Assembly (NCBI GenBank): GCA_963706595.1
Contig: OY970166.1
Coordinates: 64,001-128,000 of the forward strand
DNA length: 64,000 bases
Direction of reading: 5' to 3'
DNA from: an uncultured cyanobacterium
GTDB taxonomy: Bacteria; Cyanobacteriota; Cyanobacteriia; Cyanobacteriales; Nostocaceae
The notes beneath the pieces were generated by a model that did no database searches, was not told the origin of the DNA, and saw only the letters and a list, made by a program, of their open reading frames with translations. This document shows positions 1-10,692 of this stretch, piece after piece. The translations under genes were made by a program, and so were the position numbers. The first letter of the stretch is position 1, and each line of letters opens with the position of its first letter.

Positions 1-23
1 GTTGGAAAAATCAGTTTTAAGAA

Positions 24-311
24 ACCCCTCCCCTAGCCCCTCCCCGCAAGCGAGGAGGGGAATTTAGAATTAAAAATTTCACCTCTAGATAAATTGTCCC
101 TCTCCTTGGTAAGGAGAGGGACAGGTTTTGCATCGCAAAACCAGGGTGAGGTTCTTCGCTGAGTTTAAACCGCAAGCGACGAGAGGAACGTAGAAAAAAT
201 TTCACCTGTAGATAAATTTTCCCTCTCCTTACCAAGGAGAGGGACAGGTTTTGCATCGCAAAACCAGGGTGAGGTTCTTCGCCGAGTCTAAACCGCAAGC
301 GGGGAGGGGAA
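24..311. repeat. Two-plus tandem copies (~126 and ~123 bp) of a composite palindromic SDR/REP-like unit
   Basis: Units start at CCGCAAGCG (44, 170, 293). Each full unit contains hairpins TCCCTCTCCTT-nnn-AAGGAGAGGGA and GGTTTTGC-atc-GCAAAACC. Confidence 0.85.
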
Positions 312-382
312 TTTTAGATGTTAGATTTTGCTAAATTTTGGGAATAATGCTGTTAATGGTTGCAATTGCCTAAATCAACAGC

Positions 383-1567
383 ATGAGATCGCTATTTTTT
401 CCCCAAACAAAATTATTTAATTTATCTATTGCATTATGCTGTGTTTTGTGCATTGCCTTCCTATGGCTGCCAGTATCGGCAAATACCACACCATCAATTG
501 ATACTCTCAAACAACAGCAGCAACAAATTAAGCAAGAACGTGAGAAAACGATTCAGGAGCGCGATCGCCTGACTAATTTGCAAGAAGCAGCAGAAAATCG
601 GCTAACTGGTTTAAAGCAAAACTTAGAAACTACAAATACATATATTCAAGATAGTGAGTTACGATTACGCCTAGCTACCGAACACCTGCAAGCATTAGAA
701 GCAGATTTAGTGGTGACAGAAGGTGATTATGAGAAAAGTCGCACAGCAACTGTGGCTAGATTGCGATATCTTCAGCGATCGCCTGCTTCGCAAGGATGGG
801 CGGTTTTGCTACAAAGCCAAAATATCAGCGATTTTATCAGCCGTCGTCGTCAACTGAAGTTAGTTTATCAGGCTGACCAAAAGATTTTAGCGAAACTCAA
901 CGCCCAAGCCAACCTGATAAATCAGCAAAAAACGGCTGTAGAAGTGCAAAAAAACGAAATTGCTTTGATTCGTCAACAGTTATTGGTACAAAAAGCCGAT
1001 TATCAAATTCAGGCGGAATCACAGTCAGAATTAATTGTACGTTTAAATAGCGATCGCCTAGCTTTAGAAGCCGCACAAAACCAGCTTGATAGAGATTCTC
1101 AAAATTTATCAGTCTTGATTCAAAACAAAGTTGCAGAAGCGCAAGCCAAAGCCAACAGCCAGAGAAACATCCTAATTCGGGGAACTGGAATACTAGCTTT
1201 TCCCAGCAACGCCCGCACTAGCAGCGCCTTTGGGTGGCGCATACATCCGATTTTAGGATATCGTCGCTTTCATTCCGGGTTAGATTTTGCCGCCAGTTAT
1301 GGTAGTAAAATTAGAGCCGCCGATTCGGGAAACGTGATTTTTGCAGGTTGGTACGGTGGTTATGGCAGAACCGTAATTATCGATCACGGTCAAGACAAGA
1401 CTACATTGTATGCACACGCCAGCGAGTTGTTTGTTGCTGAAGGACAATCTGTAGAACGAGGACAGGCGATCGCGGCTGTCGGTTCCACAGGTTTATCTAC
1501 CGGGCCTCACCTGCATTTTGAAGTGCGTCGCAATGGTACACCCGTAAACCCTGCTGATTATTTCTAA
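383..1567 (+). CDS. Coiled-coil + M23 peptidase domain protein (EnvC/NlpD-like murein hydrolase or activator)
   Basis: Signal peptide, long coiled coil, C-terminal M23 motifs HSGLDF, TTLYAH, STGPHLHFEVR. Confidence 0.9.
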   Translation: MRSLFFPQTKLFNLSIALCCVLCIAFLWLPVSANTTPSIDTLKQQQQQIKQEREKTIQERDRLTNLQEAAENRLTGLKQNLETTNTYIQDSELRLRLATEHLQALEADLVVTEGDYEKSRTATVARLRYLQRSPASQGWAVLLQSQNISDFISRRRQLKLVYQADQKILAKLNAQANLINQQKTAVEVQKNEIALIRQQLLVQKADYQIQAESQSELIVRLNSDRLALEAAQNQLDRDSQNLSVLIQNKVAEAQAKANSQRNILIRGTGILAFPSNARTSSAFGWRIHPILGYRRFHSGLDFAASYGSKIRAADSGNVIFAGWYGGYGRTVIIDHGQDKTTLYAHASELFVAEGQSVERGQAIAAVGSTGLSTGPHLHFEVRRNGTPVNPADYF

Positions 1568-1572
1568 AGTCG

Positions 1573-1581
1573 TGCTATAAT
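1573..1581 (+). promoter_or_regulatory. Extended -10 promoter element of tRNA-Arg
   Basis: TGCTATAAT 12 nt upstream of the tRNA 5' end. Confidence 0.65.
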
Positions 1582-1593
1582 CAGGAAATGTTA

Positions 1594-1666
1594 GGGCGCG
1601 TAGCTCAGTGGATAGAGCAACAGATTCCGGTTCTGTGGGTCGGGGGTTCAAATCCCTCCGCGCTCG
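1594..1666 (+). tRNA. trnR: tRNA-Arg(CCG)
   Basis: GGGCGCG/CGCGCTC acceptor stem, D arm TAGCTCAGTGGATAGAGC, anticodon arm ACAGA-TTCCGGT-TCTGT, T loop GTTCAAATC. Confidence 0.97.
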
Positions 1667-1861
1667 TTTTTTTTATCAGACTAACAATAAAGCAGAAAGT
1701 TGATTTTCTCTCAATTCACCTCATTCTACCCCAGAAAGCACTACTGGGGATAAGTGGTTAATTGAGGGACTTCCTAATAAACTAATATTGCGTTAGCAAA
1801 TAACCATATATAGCCTTTACTAATCACATAAGGTACATCATAGCCCCCTCCTCGCTTGCGG

Positions 1862-3482
1862 CTATCCATTACCCACATCTTTCTTAACATGGCTGTAAAG
1901 CAGACTGTGTGGGGATGACATAGCTTCCATGAGAGGGGATGGTTGACAAACTAGACAAAACATGAAAATGAATATATCTATATTGGGATGCGATCGTTAA
2001 CCAGAAACATCAGATGGGGAGTGGGAATGGAGAAGTTTCCAGGTAGCGGCGATATCGTGTAATCGCCGTAAACCCCGCCAAATAGTTTTAACTCCCGGCT
2101 CACCATCTCCCTTGCGAGCCAGAAAGCCGCCGAGAGTGGCAATCATTCGCACCGCTTCTCGTAAAGATGGAGGTTTTTTTGGTGGGGTGGGATTTTTGTT
2201 GACAGTGGCACATAAAGATTGCCATTCATCAGTTTCTAAAACAGCATCAGAGGATAAATCAGGGTGAACTCGTGAGGAGTAAGTTAGCCATAATAAACGC
2301 CAAGCGACAACAGAATAAGTGGCTAGTGCCATATTGATGCGGTCAGCAGTGGACAATTGTAATTGTTCAATTCTACACCCACTCTTTAGAGTGTAATGAT
2401 AGCGTTCTATCAACCAACGATAGGTGTACCATTGCACACAACGCGCGGCATCTTCTAAGTTATGAATCTCAAGGCTGGTGAGCAATAACCAACTAATAGG
2501 ATTGACTCCGGGTGGTGGATGATCTTCTGATGCCAGAATTACTTGTAACTTGACAGGTTTTAGCTGTGAACGCCCGATGTGATGTAATGGGACTTGGATA
2601 TCAACACTAGTGAATCGAATTGTAAGTATCGCTTTTCTAGCACTATGTTCTGGACTGCGTTTGACCTCTGCTGTCAGTGTTCCATTGGGTTCAATTTGGC
2701 GGATTGCAAGATGTAGATATTTCGCACAATGGTCAACTTTGCGGTTGTGAGTCCCACGAATTAACAAATGGGAATTTTCTGAACGTTTGAGATTAAATAA
2801 GTCAAATATGTCTGCTTCTGAGTCACCTATTGTCACCACTTGAATCTCTGATGGGACTGAGCTTTGTGTGACTTCTAATCCATCTAACCAGCGCTGACTT
2901 TCTTTTAAAAGTGTTTCCCTTTGACGACGTTTTTTCGCTATGCCCAAATTTTCAGGTGGTCTAGCCCATACCTGCTGTTCAATAATTCCTAACGGCACTC
3001 CATTACTTGTGGCAGCAAATGTTGAATGTACTTTCAATCCTGATGATTGACGATGGTCAAGATAACCCACACCTTTAGTTTTGGGGTGGTCTGTTAAATC
3101 TATGTTTGTTGTGTCTTGAATCGCTAAGACTATTTGATGTTCTTTGATTCTTTCGATTGTGCTATTTATATGCCCTTGACGAATTTCACTGGCGGGAAAA
3201 TATGGTGATTTCCAAAAGTTATATGCCGCTTTGGTTGCTGCCATATTTCCGCTCGCTTGTGGTACGCTGCTATCCGGCTGTGCGGCTAAGTCCTCTACTA
3301 TCTTGATTAACCGCTTGTTTCGACGAAGGTCTCCTAGGTCTACCCCAGACAGTTCCTTGGCTGCCCACTTTTCCATGATTCCATTACCCGATTCTGTTCT
3401 CTCCACACTATACTTAGCAAGCTTTTTCCCTTTATATTAAGTATCTTGTTGGATTGTTAAGAAAGATGCGGGTAATGGATAG
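1862..3482 (-). mobile_element. Complete IS4-family (IS50/Tn5-like) insertion sequence, 1621 bp
   Basis: 28-bp terminal IRs CTATCCATTACCCACATCTTTCTTAACA (1862-1889) and 3455-3482 (1 mismatch). 11-bp target duplication CTCGCTTGCGG at 1851-1861 and 3483-3493. Confidence 0.95.
1997..3406 (-). CDS. IS4 family (IS50-like) DDE transposase
   Basis: N-terminal W..EL...LGD.R..RL, IQDTT, GDSEAD, YREK-type YTYRWLIERYHYTLKSGC, C-terminal LGGFLARKGDGEPG..TIWRG. Start may be ATG 3376. Confidence 0.95.
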   Translation of the reverse strand: MERTESGNGIMEKWAAKELSGVDLGDLRRNKRLIKIVEDLAAQPDSSVPQASGNMAATKAAYNFWKSPYFPASEIRQGHINSTIERIKEHQIVLAIQDTTNIDLTDHPKTKGVGYLDHRQSSGLKVHSTFAATSNGVPLGIIEQQVWARPPENLGIAKKRRQRETLLKESQRWLDGLEVTQSSVPSEIQVVTIGDSEADIFDLFNLKRSENSHLLIRGTHNRKVDHCAKYLHLAIRQIEPNGTLTAEVKRSPEHSARKAILTIRFTSVDIQVPLHHIGRSQLKPVKLQVILASEDHPPPGVNPISWLLLTSLEIHNLEDAARCVQWYTYRWLIERYHYTLKSGCRIEQLQLSTADRINMALATYSVVAWRLLWLTYSSRVHPDLSSDAVLETDEWQSLCATVNKNPTPPKKPPSLREAVRMIATLGGFLARKGDGEPGVKTIWRGLRRLHDIAATWKLLHSHSPSDVSG

Positions 3483-3581
3483 CTCGCTTGCGGGGAGGGG
3501 GTTGGGGGTGGGGTTCTTGTACCTAAACAGACTAGGAAACGCTATAAGCTAACTACTTACCCTGGAAATACAGGAAAACTT

Positions 3582-4010
3582 ATGAACTCAAGCACCCATG
3601 AAAATGACTTTTATGCTTGGACAGCAGAACAAGTAAACCTATTAAAAACCCGGCAACTTGATCAAATTGATTGGCAGAATATCGCCGATGAAATAGAAGA
3701 TATGGGACGCTCAGAAAAACGACAACTAGAAAACAGATTAGAAATCTTAATTACGCACCTCTTAAAATGGCAATTTCAACCTAACTTGCGCTCTCGAAGT
3801 TGGCAATTAACCATCAAAGAGCAACGCCTACGTTTAGAAAAACTTCTCCAAAAAAACCCTAGTCTTCAACCTCATCTAACTGAAGCCATCGAAGATGTTT
3901 ATCCTCTGGCTAGCATTAGCGCCGAAAAAGAAACTGGATTATCATTATTTCCGGCAATCTGTCCTTACACCCTCACAGAGATTATATCTCCTGAATTTCT
4001 ACCAGAGTAA
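3582..4010 (+). CDS. DUF29 family protein
   Basis: DFYAW..EQ..LL, EIEDMGRSEK, HLLKWQFQP..RSRSW..TI.EQR, FP..CPY. Confidence 0.9.
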   Translation: MNSSTHENDFYAWTAEQVNLLKTRQLDQIDWQNIADEIEDMGRSEKRQLENRLEILITHLLKWQFQPNLRSRSWQLTIKEQRLRLEKLLQKNPSLQPHLTEAIEDVYPLASISAEKETGLSLFPAICPYTLTEIISPEFLPE

Positions 4011-4158
4011 ATCATCAAACTATCATTTGATGTACTCTGGGAAATCCTGATGAGTGAAACAGTTTTATCAACAACGTAATGCTCAAACCTACTGGTGCGG
4101 CAAGAATAAAATATTGATAGCCAATAATTAATTATTGACCTATATTTTTCTTGATTTA

Positions 4159-5516
4159 TCACTTTTTCACTAAAAAATAGGCTGTAGCATACTCAGGTAA
4201 TTGGCGGATATGCTGCGTAAATTGTTGTCGATTCTTAAAAGTTCCGGCTAAGAAATCCAGTTGATGCAGATTTGGTAAAAATGCGCCACCTGTATCCGCC
4301 ATTACTCCCATTTGTAACTGTTTGCGCCCATTTCTAGTATGTTCAATTACTACTACTCTACCTAAGCCAATATTCAGGATGTCTCCCGCAAATGTTACCC
4401 CTGGCTTGATGGAAATTTTCGCATTTATATTATGTCCATAACCTTTGATAGCGTCTACTTCTCGAAAGTACCAGTAACGCTTTTGTGATGTGGCTTTTAA
4501 TCCCGGTACAAAAGAAATACCATTATTCCTATCCACATTGAAATATGCTTGAGTACCATCGGTAAAATTAATCAGGATTGTTCCCTGCATTAAGGCTTCT
4601 TCTAAACCAGCGCGGGTTAAATAAGCTAAAGGCTTGACTCTACCATATTCTTTACCCCCCGGTTCATAAATACCTGATAAAACATCTTGTTTTGTGTATC
4701 TCCTGTAGAATTTATCAGCAATATTGTCTTCTTTTAAACCGTAAAGTGGTACATTATAAGTAGATGTCTTGGTGTGAGAACCTGTATGCTCGAAAACAGC
4801 ATATTTGGTAATTCTGACTTGGTTCTGCTTCTGATTACTAGGATTATGGGCAGTCCATTTAATAACTCGGAAATTGTTATTAATAAAGTCTGAATTTTCT
4901 AATCGATTGGGGCGATTGTTGGCAATATCATCTTTTAATACAGTAATCATGAAATCTAAAGTTTTGATAATATCTTCTACAGTCACTCCTTGAGTACCCA
5001 GCAGCCCTTTACGAAAAATGTTTGGGTCTTCAGCCGCGTTGTCTTGAAAATATTCTCTCGTGTTTACCAGAACGCTTAATAAATCTGCTTGATTAACATT
5101 AACTTTAGTTGTGGGTAGTTTTCCCGGACTAAAAACTTTATTACCTTGAATGCTAAATTTATACTTTTGCCACTCATCAATGACTGGATAACTGACAGGT
5201 ATTGATGCTTGAGATATCTCAGATGTAGAGGTATTTTTTGGGCTGATACTTTGATGGGATAGCTGAGGGAGAATAACGGGGTTCTGGAAAATTGTAGCTA
5301 GTCTATGAACAGGTAAAATTGTCGGGAGTGAAATCTGGGATTTCGTTAAAAAAGAATTTGCTGACTGAGTAACTAATAAAGGCTTTTCAGCCTGATGTTT
5401 TGAAATTTGGGGTTGATTTTTTGACTGCGTATATAAACCACTACTAGCCGCACCCACAAGCAATAGAGTAGCAAAACCTAATGTGAAGCGGAGTTTTTGG
5501 GTTGAAAAGATATGCA
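4159..5516 (-). CDS. Exported MltA-like / 3D-domain protein (putative lytic transglycosylase)
   Basis: N-terminal hydrophobic segment; LMQGT, MADTGGAF and LDFLAG resemble MltA/3D motifs. Start taken at ATG 5516. Confidence 0.55.
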
Positions 5517-5881
5517 TAAGCTGGAAAATCAAGTTATGATATTAAATAATAATGGCAATTTCTCGATTTTCAACTATATCAAATTGATCAGGCTGGAACT
5601 GTTGATCCAATGAGGTCATCATAGCTGTTGAATTTATCAGAGACAATGCAGCTTAAGTGTGTTTAATTATACAGAAATAATTCAATCTAGACTCTGGAAA
5701 CGTCGGACATGGCTGGAGATTATTTTGTATGATTATAATAATAGTAAAAAAATCTACATCTTCGCCTGCTAACTTAGAGCATAATATTTAATTTTGATCT
5801 AGCAACGCCTAAACTTTCTGGAGTTGCGTAAATTGCTGGTCAAGTTGAAAATAAATAGGCGAAGCACACGGGGAAACTGAC

Positions 5882-7309
5882 GTGAGTTATGGATTTGATT
5901 ACGATTTAGTGATTATCGGCGCGGGTGTAGGCGGACATGGTGCAGCCTTACACGCCGTTAGCTGTGGTTTGAAAACAGCAATTATTGAAGCTGCGGATAT
6001 GGGAGGAACCTGTGTTAATCGGGGCTGTATCCCTTCTAAGGCTTTGCTGGCAGCATCGGGACGGGTGCGGGAGTTACGTAATGCCCACCACCTGAAATCC
6101 CTGGGGATTCAAGTTGATCATGTCACATTTGACCGCCAAGCGATCGCCGATCATGCTGGCAATTTGGTATCGAAAATTCAAGGCGATTTAACTAACAGCC
6201 TCAAACGTCTGGGAGTCGATATTATCAGGGGTTGGGGCAAAATTGGCGGCACTCAAAAGGTGACAATCACCGGGGATGGTGTTGAAAAAACTGTCACAGC
6301 CAAAGATATCATTCTTTCCCCTGGTTCAGTACCCTTTGTACCACCAGGAATTGAAGTAGACGGCAAAACCGTTTTTACCAGCGACCAAGGCGTAAAATTA
6401 GAATCTTTACCAGAATGGGTAGCGATTATTGGTAGTGGTTACATCGGGTTGGAATTTTCTGATGTTTACTCGGCTTTGGGCTGTGAAATCACGATGATTG
6501 AAGCCCTAGACCAATTAATGCCAGGATTTGACCGGGATATTGCTAAACTGGCAGAACGAGTTTTAATTACTCCTCGTGATATTGAAACCAAAGTTGGCAT
6601 ATACGCGAAAAAAATTACTCCTGGTTCGCCGGTGGTGATTGAATTGGCAGATTTCAAAACCAAAGAAGATATTGATGTGATTGAAGTGGATGCTTGCTTA
6701 GTAGCCACAGGACGCATCCCCGCTACTAAAAATCTGGGTTTAGAAACTTTAGGTATAGAACTAGACCGACGAAACTTTATCCCCGTAGACGATCGCATGG
6801 CTGTGCTTTCATCTGGGGAAGTAGTACCTCATGTTTGGGCAATTGGTGACGCTAACGGCAAAATGATGTTGGCACACGCTGCTTCTGCTCAAGGTATCAT
6901 CGCCGTAGAGAATATTGTGGGGAGAAACCGTGTAGTAGACTATCGCAGCATTCCCGCCGCCGCCTTTACTCACCCAGAAGTCAGCTATGTGGGTTTAACA
7001 GAAGTAGCCGCTAAGGAATTAGCCCAAGCTGAAGGCTTTGAAATCGCCACCAGTAAAAGTTACTTCAAAGGAAATTCCAAAGCCTTAGCCGAAAACGAAT
7101 CTGACGGTATGGCGAAGGTAGTCTATCGCAAAGATACTGGTGAGGTTTTAGGTGTCCATATCTTCGGAATGCACGCCGCCGACCTAATTCACGAAGCCTC
7201 AGCTGCGATCGCCCATCGTCAATCAGTCCAAGACCTCGCCCATTTAGTCCACGCCCATCCGACACTTTCCGAAGTGTTAGATGAAGCCTATAAACGAGCC
7301 GTAGTTTAG
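5882..7309 (+). CDS. lpdA: Dihydrolipoyl dehydrogenase
   Basis: GAGVGG FAD motif, [13 protein letters not shown] redox disulfide, C-terminal HAHPTLSE. Confidence 0.97.
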   Translation: MSYGFDYDLVIIGAGVGGHGAALHAVSCGLKTAIIEAADMGGTCVNRGCIPSKALLAASGRVRELRNAHHLKSLGIQVDHVTFDRQAIADHAGNLVSKIQGDLTNSLKRLGVDIIRGWGKIGGTQKVTITGDGVEKTVTAKDIILSPGSVPFVPPGIEVDGKTVFTSDQGVKLESLPEWVAIIGSGYIGLEFSDVYSALGCEITMIEALDQLMPGFDRDIAKLAERVLITPRDIETKVGIYAKKITPGSPVVIELADFKTKEDIDVIEVDACLVATGRIPATKNLGLETLGIELDRRNFIPVDDRMAVLSSGEVVPHVWAIGDANGKMMLAHAASAQGIIAVENIVGRNRVVDYRSIPAAAFTHPEVSYVGLTEVAAKELAQAEGFEIATSKSYFKGNSKALAENESDGMAKVVYRKDTGEVLGVHIFGMHAADLIHEASAAIAHRQSVQDLAHLVHAHPTLSEVLDEAYKRAVV

Positions 7310-7315
7310 CCCCTT

Positions 7316-7410
7316 GTAGAGACGCGATTCATCGCGTCTCATTCATCTCATTCATCGCCTCTCATTCATCGCCTCTCATTCATCGCCTCTCATTCATCGC
7401 GTCTCATTCT
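7316..7410. repeat. SDR-type palindrome GTAGAGACGCGATTCATCGCGTCTC followed by ~14-bp tandem copies of its right arm
   Basis: ATTCATCGC(C/G)TCTC repeated about 5 times. Confidence 0.8.
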
Positions 7411-7440
7411 CATCAAAAAATCACATTCCGCACTCAAATT

Positions 7441-8349
7441 ATGCAAATTCGTCGCCGTTCCACGAACACAACAATTAATGTTTCTTTTTTACGTTATCAG
7501 TCTACTTTGCCAGATGTAGAACCAAATAATATTTTGGAAGAAATTGTCTGGCATAAAGAAATTGAAATTGGCAAAATGCGGGAAAGGCGACCTTTAGCAC
7601 AATTGCAAAAACAGGCACTTGCAGCACCGCCAACTCGTGATTTTATTGCCGCCCTCAGACAAGGCAAAACCCAGCCAGCATTAATTGCTGAAGTCAAAAA
7701 AGCTTCCCCTAGTAAAGGTGTTTTACGAGAAGATTTTGACCCAGTAGAAATTGCTTCTGCATATCAAAAAGGTGGGGCTAGTTGTCTTTCTGTTTTGACA
7801 GATACTAAATTCTTTCAAGGTAGTTTTGAAAACTTATCTAAAGTCCGGGAAACCGTCGATTTACCGCTTTTGTGTAAGGATTTTATTATCTATCCTTATC
7901 AAATGTACTTAGCCCGCATTCATGGTGCAGATGCAGTTTTGCTAATTGCAGCTATTCTCAGTGATCAAGATTTACAATACTTTCTCAAAATTGCCAATGC
8001 GATGAAAATGAAGGCTTTGATTGAAGTTCATAGTTTGGCAGAACTTGACAGAGTATTAGCATTAAATGGGGAATTTATCGTCGGAATTAATAATCGTAAT
8101 TTAGAAGATTTTTCTGTTGACCTGCAAACTACCTGCGAATTATTAGCAGCACGAGGTAGTCAATTACAAGAACGGAATCTTCTAGTTGTCAGCGAGTCAG
8201 GGCTACATACTCCAGAAGATTTGCAGATAGTCCAACAAGCAGGCGCAGCGGCTGTATTAATCGGTGAATCTTTAGTTAAACAGCCTGATCCAAGTTTAGC
8301 GATCGCTCATCTATTTGCGGAATTTTCAACTCCTGAGACATCAATGTAA
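7441..8349 (+). CDS. trpC: Indole-3-glycerol phosphate synthase
   Basis: [46 protein letters not shown]. Confidence 0.97.
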   Translation: MQIRRRSTNTTINVSFLRYQSTLPDVEPNNILEEIVWHKEIEIGKMRERRPLAQLQKQALAAPPTRDFIAALRQGKTQPALIAEVKKASPSKGVLREDFDPVEIASAYQKGGASCLSVLTDTKFFQGSFENLSKVRETVDLPLLCKDFIIYPYQMYLARIHGADAVLLIAAILSDQDLQYFLKIANAMKMKALIEVHSLAELDRVLALNGEFIVGINNRNLEDFSVDLQTTCELLAARGSQLQERNLLVVSESGLHTPEDLQIVQQAGAAAVLIGESLVKQPDPSLAIAHLFAEFSTPETSM

Positions 8350-8441
8350 TAAGCAAATATTAGTTTAGTGTGTAACAATTTTGGCATGAGTTCCAACTCT
8401 GACTGAGAAAACATCCCATATTTGAAATATTACATCAACTA

Positions 8442-8690
8442 ATGGAGCAAATTCCTTTACCTTCGCCTATTCACTACGAACTTTTACTGCAACTCTTAGA
8501 AAGACAAACTATGTCAGCCGTCAGTCAGAACCCTGATTTACGGAATCAAGTCAATCAACTCATTATCACTCTGCGTAAAGCAGCAGCGCAACAGAAGCAG
8601 CTAGAAAATATTTGCCAATTTTCCGCTTTGGGAGTAGATCATCGTTGGTCAATCAATCATCATGCATCCCAAGTTATCACACCTGATTGA
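8442..8690 (+). CDS. Small conserved cyanobacterial protein (DUF5340-like)
   Basis: PLPSPIHYELLLQLLERQT...LIITLRKAAAQQKQLE. Confidence 0.75.
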   Translation: MEQIPLPSPIHYELLLQLLERQTMSAVSQNPDLRNQVNQLIITLRKAAAQQKQLENICQFSALGVDHRWSINHHASQVITPD

Positions 8691-8698
8691 CCCCTATT

Positions 8699-8759
8699 GT
8701 AGAGACGCGATTCATCGCGTCTTTCATCGCGTCTTTCATCGCGTCTTTCATCGCGTCTC
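8699..8759. repeat. SDR-type palindrome with 4 tandem copies of TTCATCGCGTCT
   Basis: Same GTAGAGACGCGATTCATCGCGTCT head as at 7316. Confidence 0.8.
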
Positions 8760-9101
8760 CCACTCTATAAAAAATTTGCTCACATCTTGTATTTGTACCC
8801 CGATTTGTGAGATTCTAAATAAGCTCCAATCAAGAATTCAGACAAACTGGGTAGAAAATTTGATGTCTCTTAGCCGCTAGCTAATCTCCAAAATTTTAGG
8901 TTATTTTAAATATACATAAATGGTTGCAAAAGTCAAGCTAATCATAATTTAGCTTTAATATACTTTTCCTATAGATTTCCTATAGATTTGCAGACTATAG
9001 CCAAGTATTTTGGATGTATATGCAGGTAAATCTAAGATTCATCTCCAGAATTTAACTATCCGCCTAGACTTTTAACTTTTATTTAACTTTAGGACAAACA
9101 C

Positions 9102-10256
9102 ATGGAAAATAAGTTGATGCTAATGATTCCTGGCCCCACACCAGTGCCAGAGGCGGCTTTGCTGGCATTAGCCAAGCACCCCATTGGACACCGCACCAGT
9201 CAGTTTAGCAACATCATGGCTGAGGTGACAGAAAACCTCAAATGGTTACATCAAACTCAAAATGATGTGATGATGCTGAATGTTAGCGGTACTGGTGCTG
9301 TAGAAGCGGGAATGATTAATTTTCTTTCTCCAGGCGATCGCATTCTAGTTGGCTCCAATGGTAAATTTGGAGAACGCTGGGTAGAAGTCGGCGAAGCTTA
9401 TGGTTTGAACGTCGAAGCGATTACCGCCGAATGGGGCAAACCTTTAGACACAGCGCTGTTTGCTGAAAAACTGCAAGGTGATACCGAAAAGCAAATCAAA
9501 GCCGTAATTATTACCCACAGCGAAACCTCCACAGGTGTGTTGAATGACTTAGAAGCTATCAACCGCCTTGTGAAAGAACATGGTGAAGCTTTAATTATTG
9601 TGGATGCAGTTACTAGCTTGGGTGCATTCAATTTGCCCATAGACGCTTGGGGTTTGGATGTGGTCGCTTCTGGTTCTCAGAAAGGCTACATGATTCCTCC
9701 CGGACTAGGATTTGTTTCCGTTAGCCCCAAGGCTTGGGAAGCTTACAAAACTGCGAAGTTACCCAAATATTATCTAGATTTAGGTAAATATCGCAAATCC
9801 ACAGCTAAAAATACGACTCCCTTTACTCCGCCTGTAAACTTGATTGTGGCTTTACACACCACATTAGGCATGATGAAGGCAGAAGGCTTGGAGTCAATTT
9901 TTACACGACACCAACGATTAAAAAATGCCACTCGTGCGGCTGTTAAAGGTTTGAATTTACCTTTATTTGGGTCAGATGATTATGCTAGTCCGGCGATTAC
10001 GGCTGTAGCTACACCAGGAATGGAAGCGGATAAAATTCGCTCATTGATGAATAAGCGTTTTGATATTGCCTTAGCTGGCGGTCAAGACCATCTGAAAAAC
10101 CAGATTTTCCGCATTGGTCACTTGGGTTTTGTGAGCGATCGCGATATTCTTAGCTGTATAGCCGCCCTAGAAGTTACTCTCACTGAACTTGGACACGAAA
10201 ACTTTACTCCCGGTGGTGGTGTAGCCGCAGCAGCGAAAGTCTTCACTCAGTCCTAG
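9102..10256 (+). CDS. Class V PLP aminotransferase (alanine/serine-glyoxylate family; 'soluble hydrogenase 42 kDa subunit' type)
   Basis: MIPGPTPVP, HSETSTG, VDAVTSLG, GSQKG (PLP lysine), FRIGHLG. Confidence 0.93.
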   Translation: MENKLMLMIPGPTPVPEAALLALAKHPIGHRTSQFSNIMAEVTENLKWLHQTQNDVMMLNVSGTGAVEAGMINFLSPGDRILVGSNGKFGERWVEVGEAYGLNVEAITAEWGKPLDTALFAEKLQGDTEKQIKAVIITHSETSTGVLNDLEAINRLVKEHGEALIIVDAVTSLGAFNLPIDAWGLDVVASGSQKGYMIPPGLGFVSVSPKAWEAYKTAKLPKYYLDLGKYRKSTAKNTTPFTPPVNLIVALHTTLGMMKAEGLESIFTRHQRLKNATRAAVKGLNLPLFGSDDYASPAITAVATPGMEADKIRSLMNKRFDIALAGGQDHLKNQIFRIGHLGFVSDRDILSCIAALEVTLTELGHENFTPGGGVAAAAKVFTQS

Positions 10257-10550
10257 TCAAAAGAAGCAGGGGAGCAGGGGGCAGGGAGCAAGGGGGAAAC
10301 CTGAGACGGAGCTTGTACAAGTCCCAGTAAGAGCGCCCTAGAAGGGCGGGGCTTGTACCCATGTTCCGCTCCGCTTCACAGCTACTGGGCAGGGATTTCT
10401 CCCCCTGCTCCCTGCTAGAAAGCCCCTCCGCCTCTTCGGTCAGCAAATTCTCCCCCCTAAACCCTTCGGGGATGCGCCTTCGGCGTAGTGCAAGGAGGGA
10501 TTAAGGGGGGTAAATTCAGTGCGGGACTTACGGCGTAACAGTTAAATTAT

Positions 10551-10582
10551 AAAGAGCGAGTTAAATATTTAACTCGCTCTTT
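10551..10582. terminator. Perfect hairpin, likely bidirectional intrinsic terminator
   Basis: AAAGAGCGAGTTAAATATTTAACTCGCTCTTT is a perfect palindrome between convergent units. Confidence 0.7.
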
Positions 10583-10692
10583 GAATGCGTATGGAAATAA
10601 GTAAAAATGGTAACAGTTAATTCTCTGGTCTATCAGCCTTCGGACAAGGCAGAACGGACATGACATACCTCAATTCTCCTGTATGGAACTCA
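10551..10692 (-). ncRNA. Candidate ~140-nt small RNA (or micro-ORF mRNA)
   Basis: TATTAT -10-like box (10698-10703, minus strand), GC-richer core, terminal hairpin at 10551-10582, TTCCATAC motif twice. Confidence 0.35.

Larger units (their letters stand above)
1809..3546. mobile_element. Small TATAGC...GCTATA-bounded MITE interrupted by the IS4 insertion
   Basis: 29-bp imperfect terminal inverted repeats at 1809-1837 and 3518-3546 (22/29 match by manual alignment). Confidence 0.6.

Noticed and set aside
17..298. 93-aa ORF with internal duplication
   Set aside because: It is a translation of the tandem palindromic repeat; no protein family signal.
24..311. Possible CRISPR array
   Set aside because: Units are ~125 bp with repeated rather than unique spacers, and there are no cas genes in the window.
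340..348. GGGAATAAT as a SigJ-type promoter for the M23 gene
   Set aside because: One mismatch to a short consensus in AT-rich DNA; not supportable without TSS data.
1594..4010. tRNA-Arg as the attachment site of an integrative island
   Set aside because: No integrase and no duplicated tRNA 3' end seen; only an IS and a DUF29 gene follow. The same applies to tRNA-Leu at 39071.
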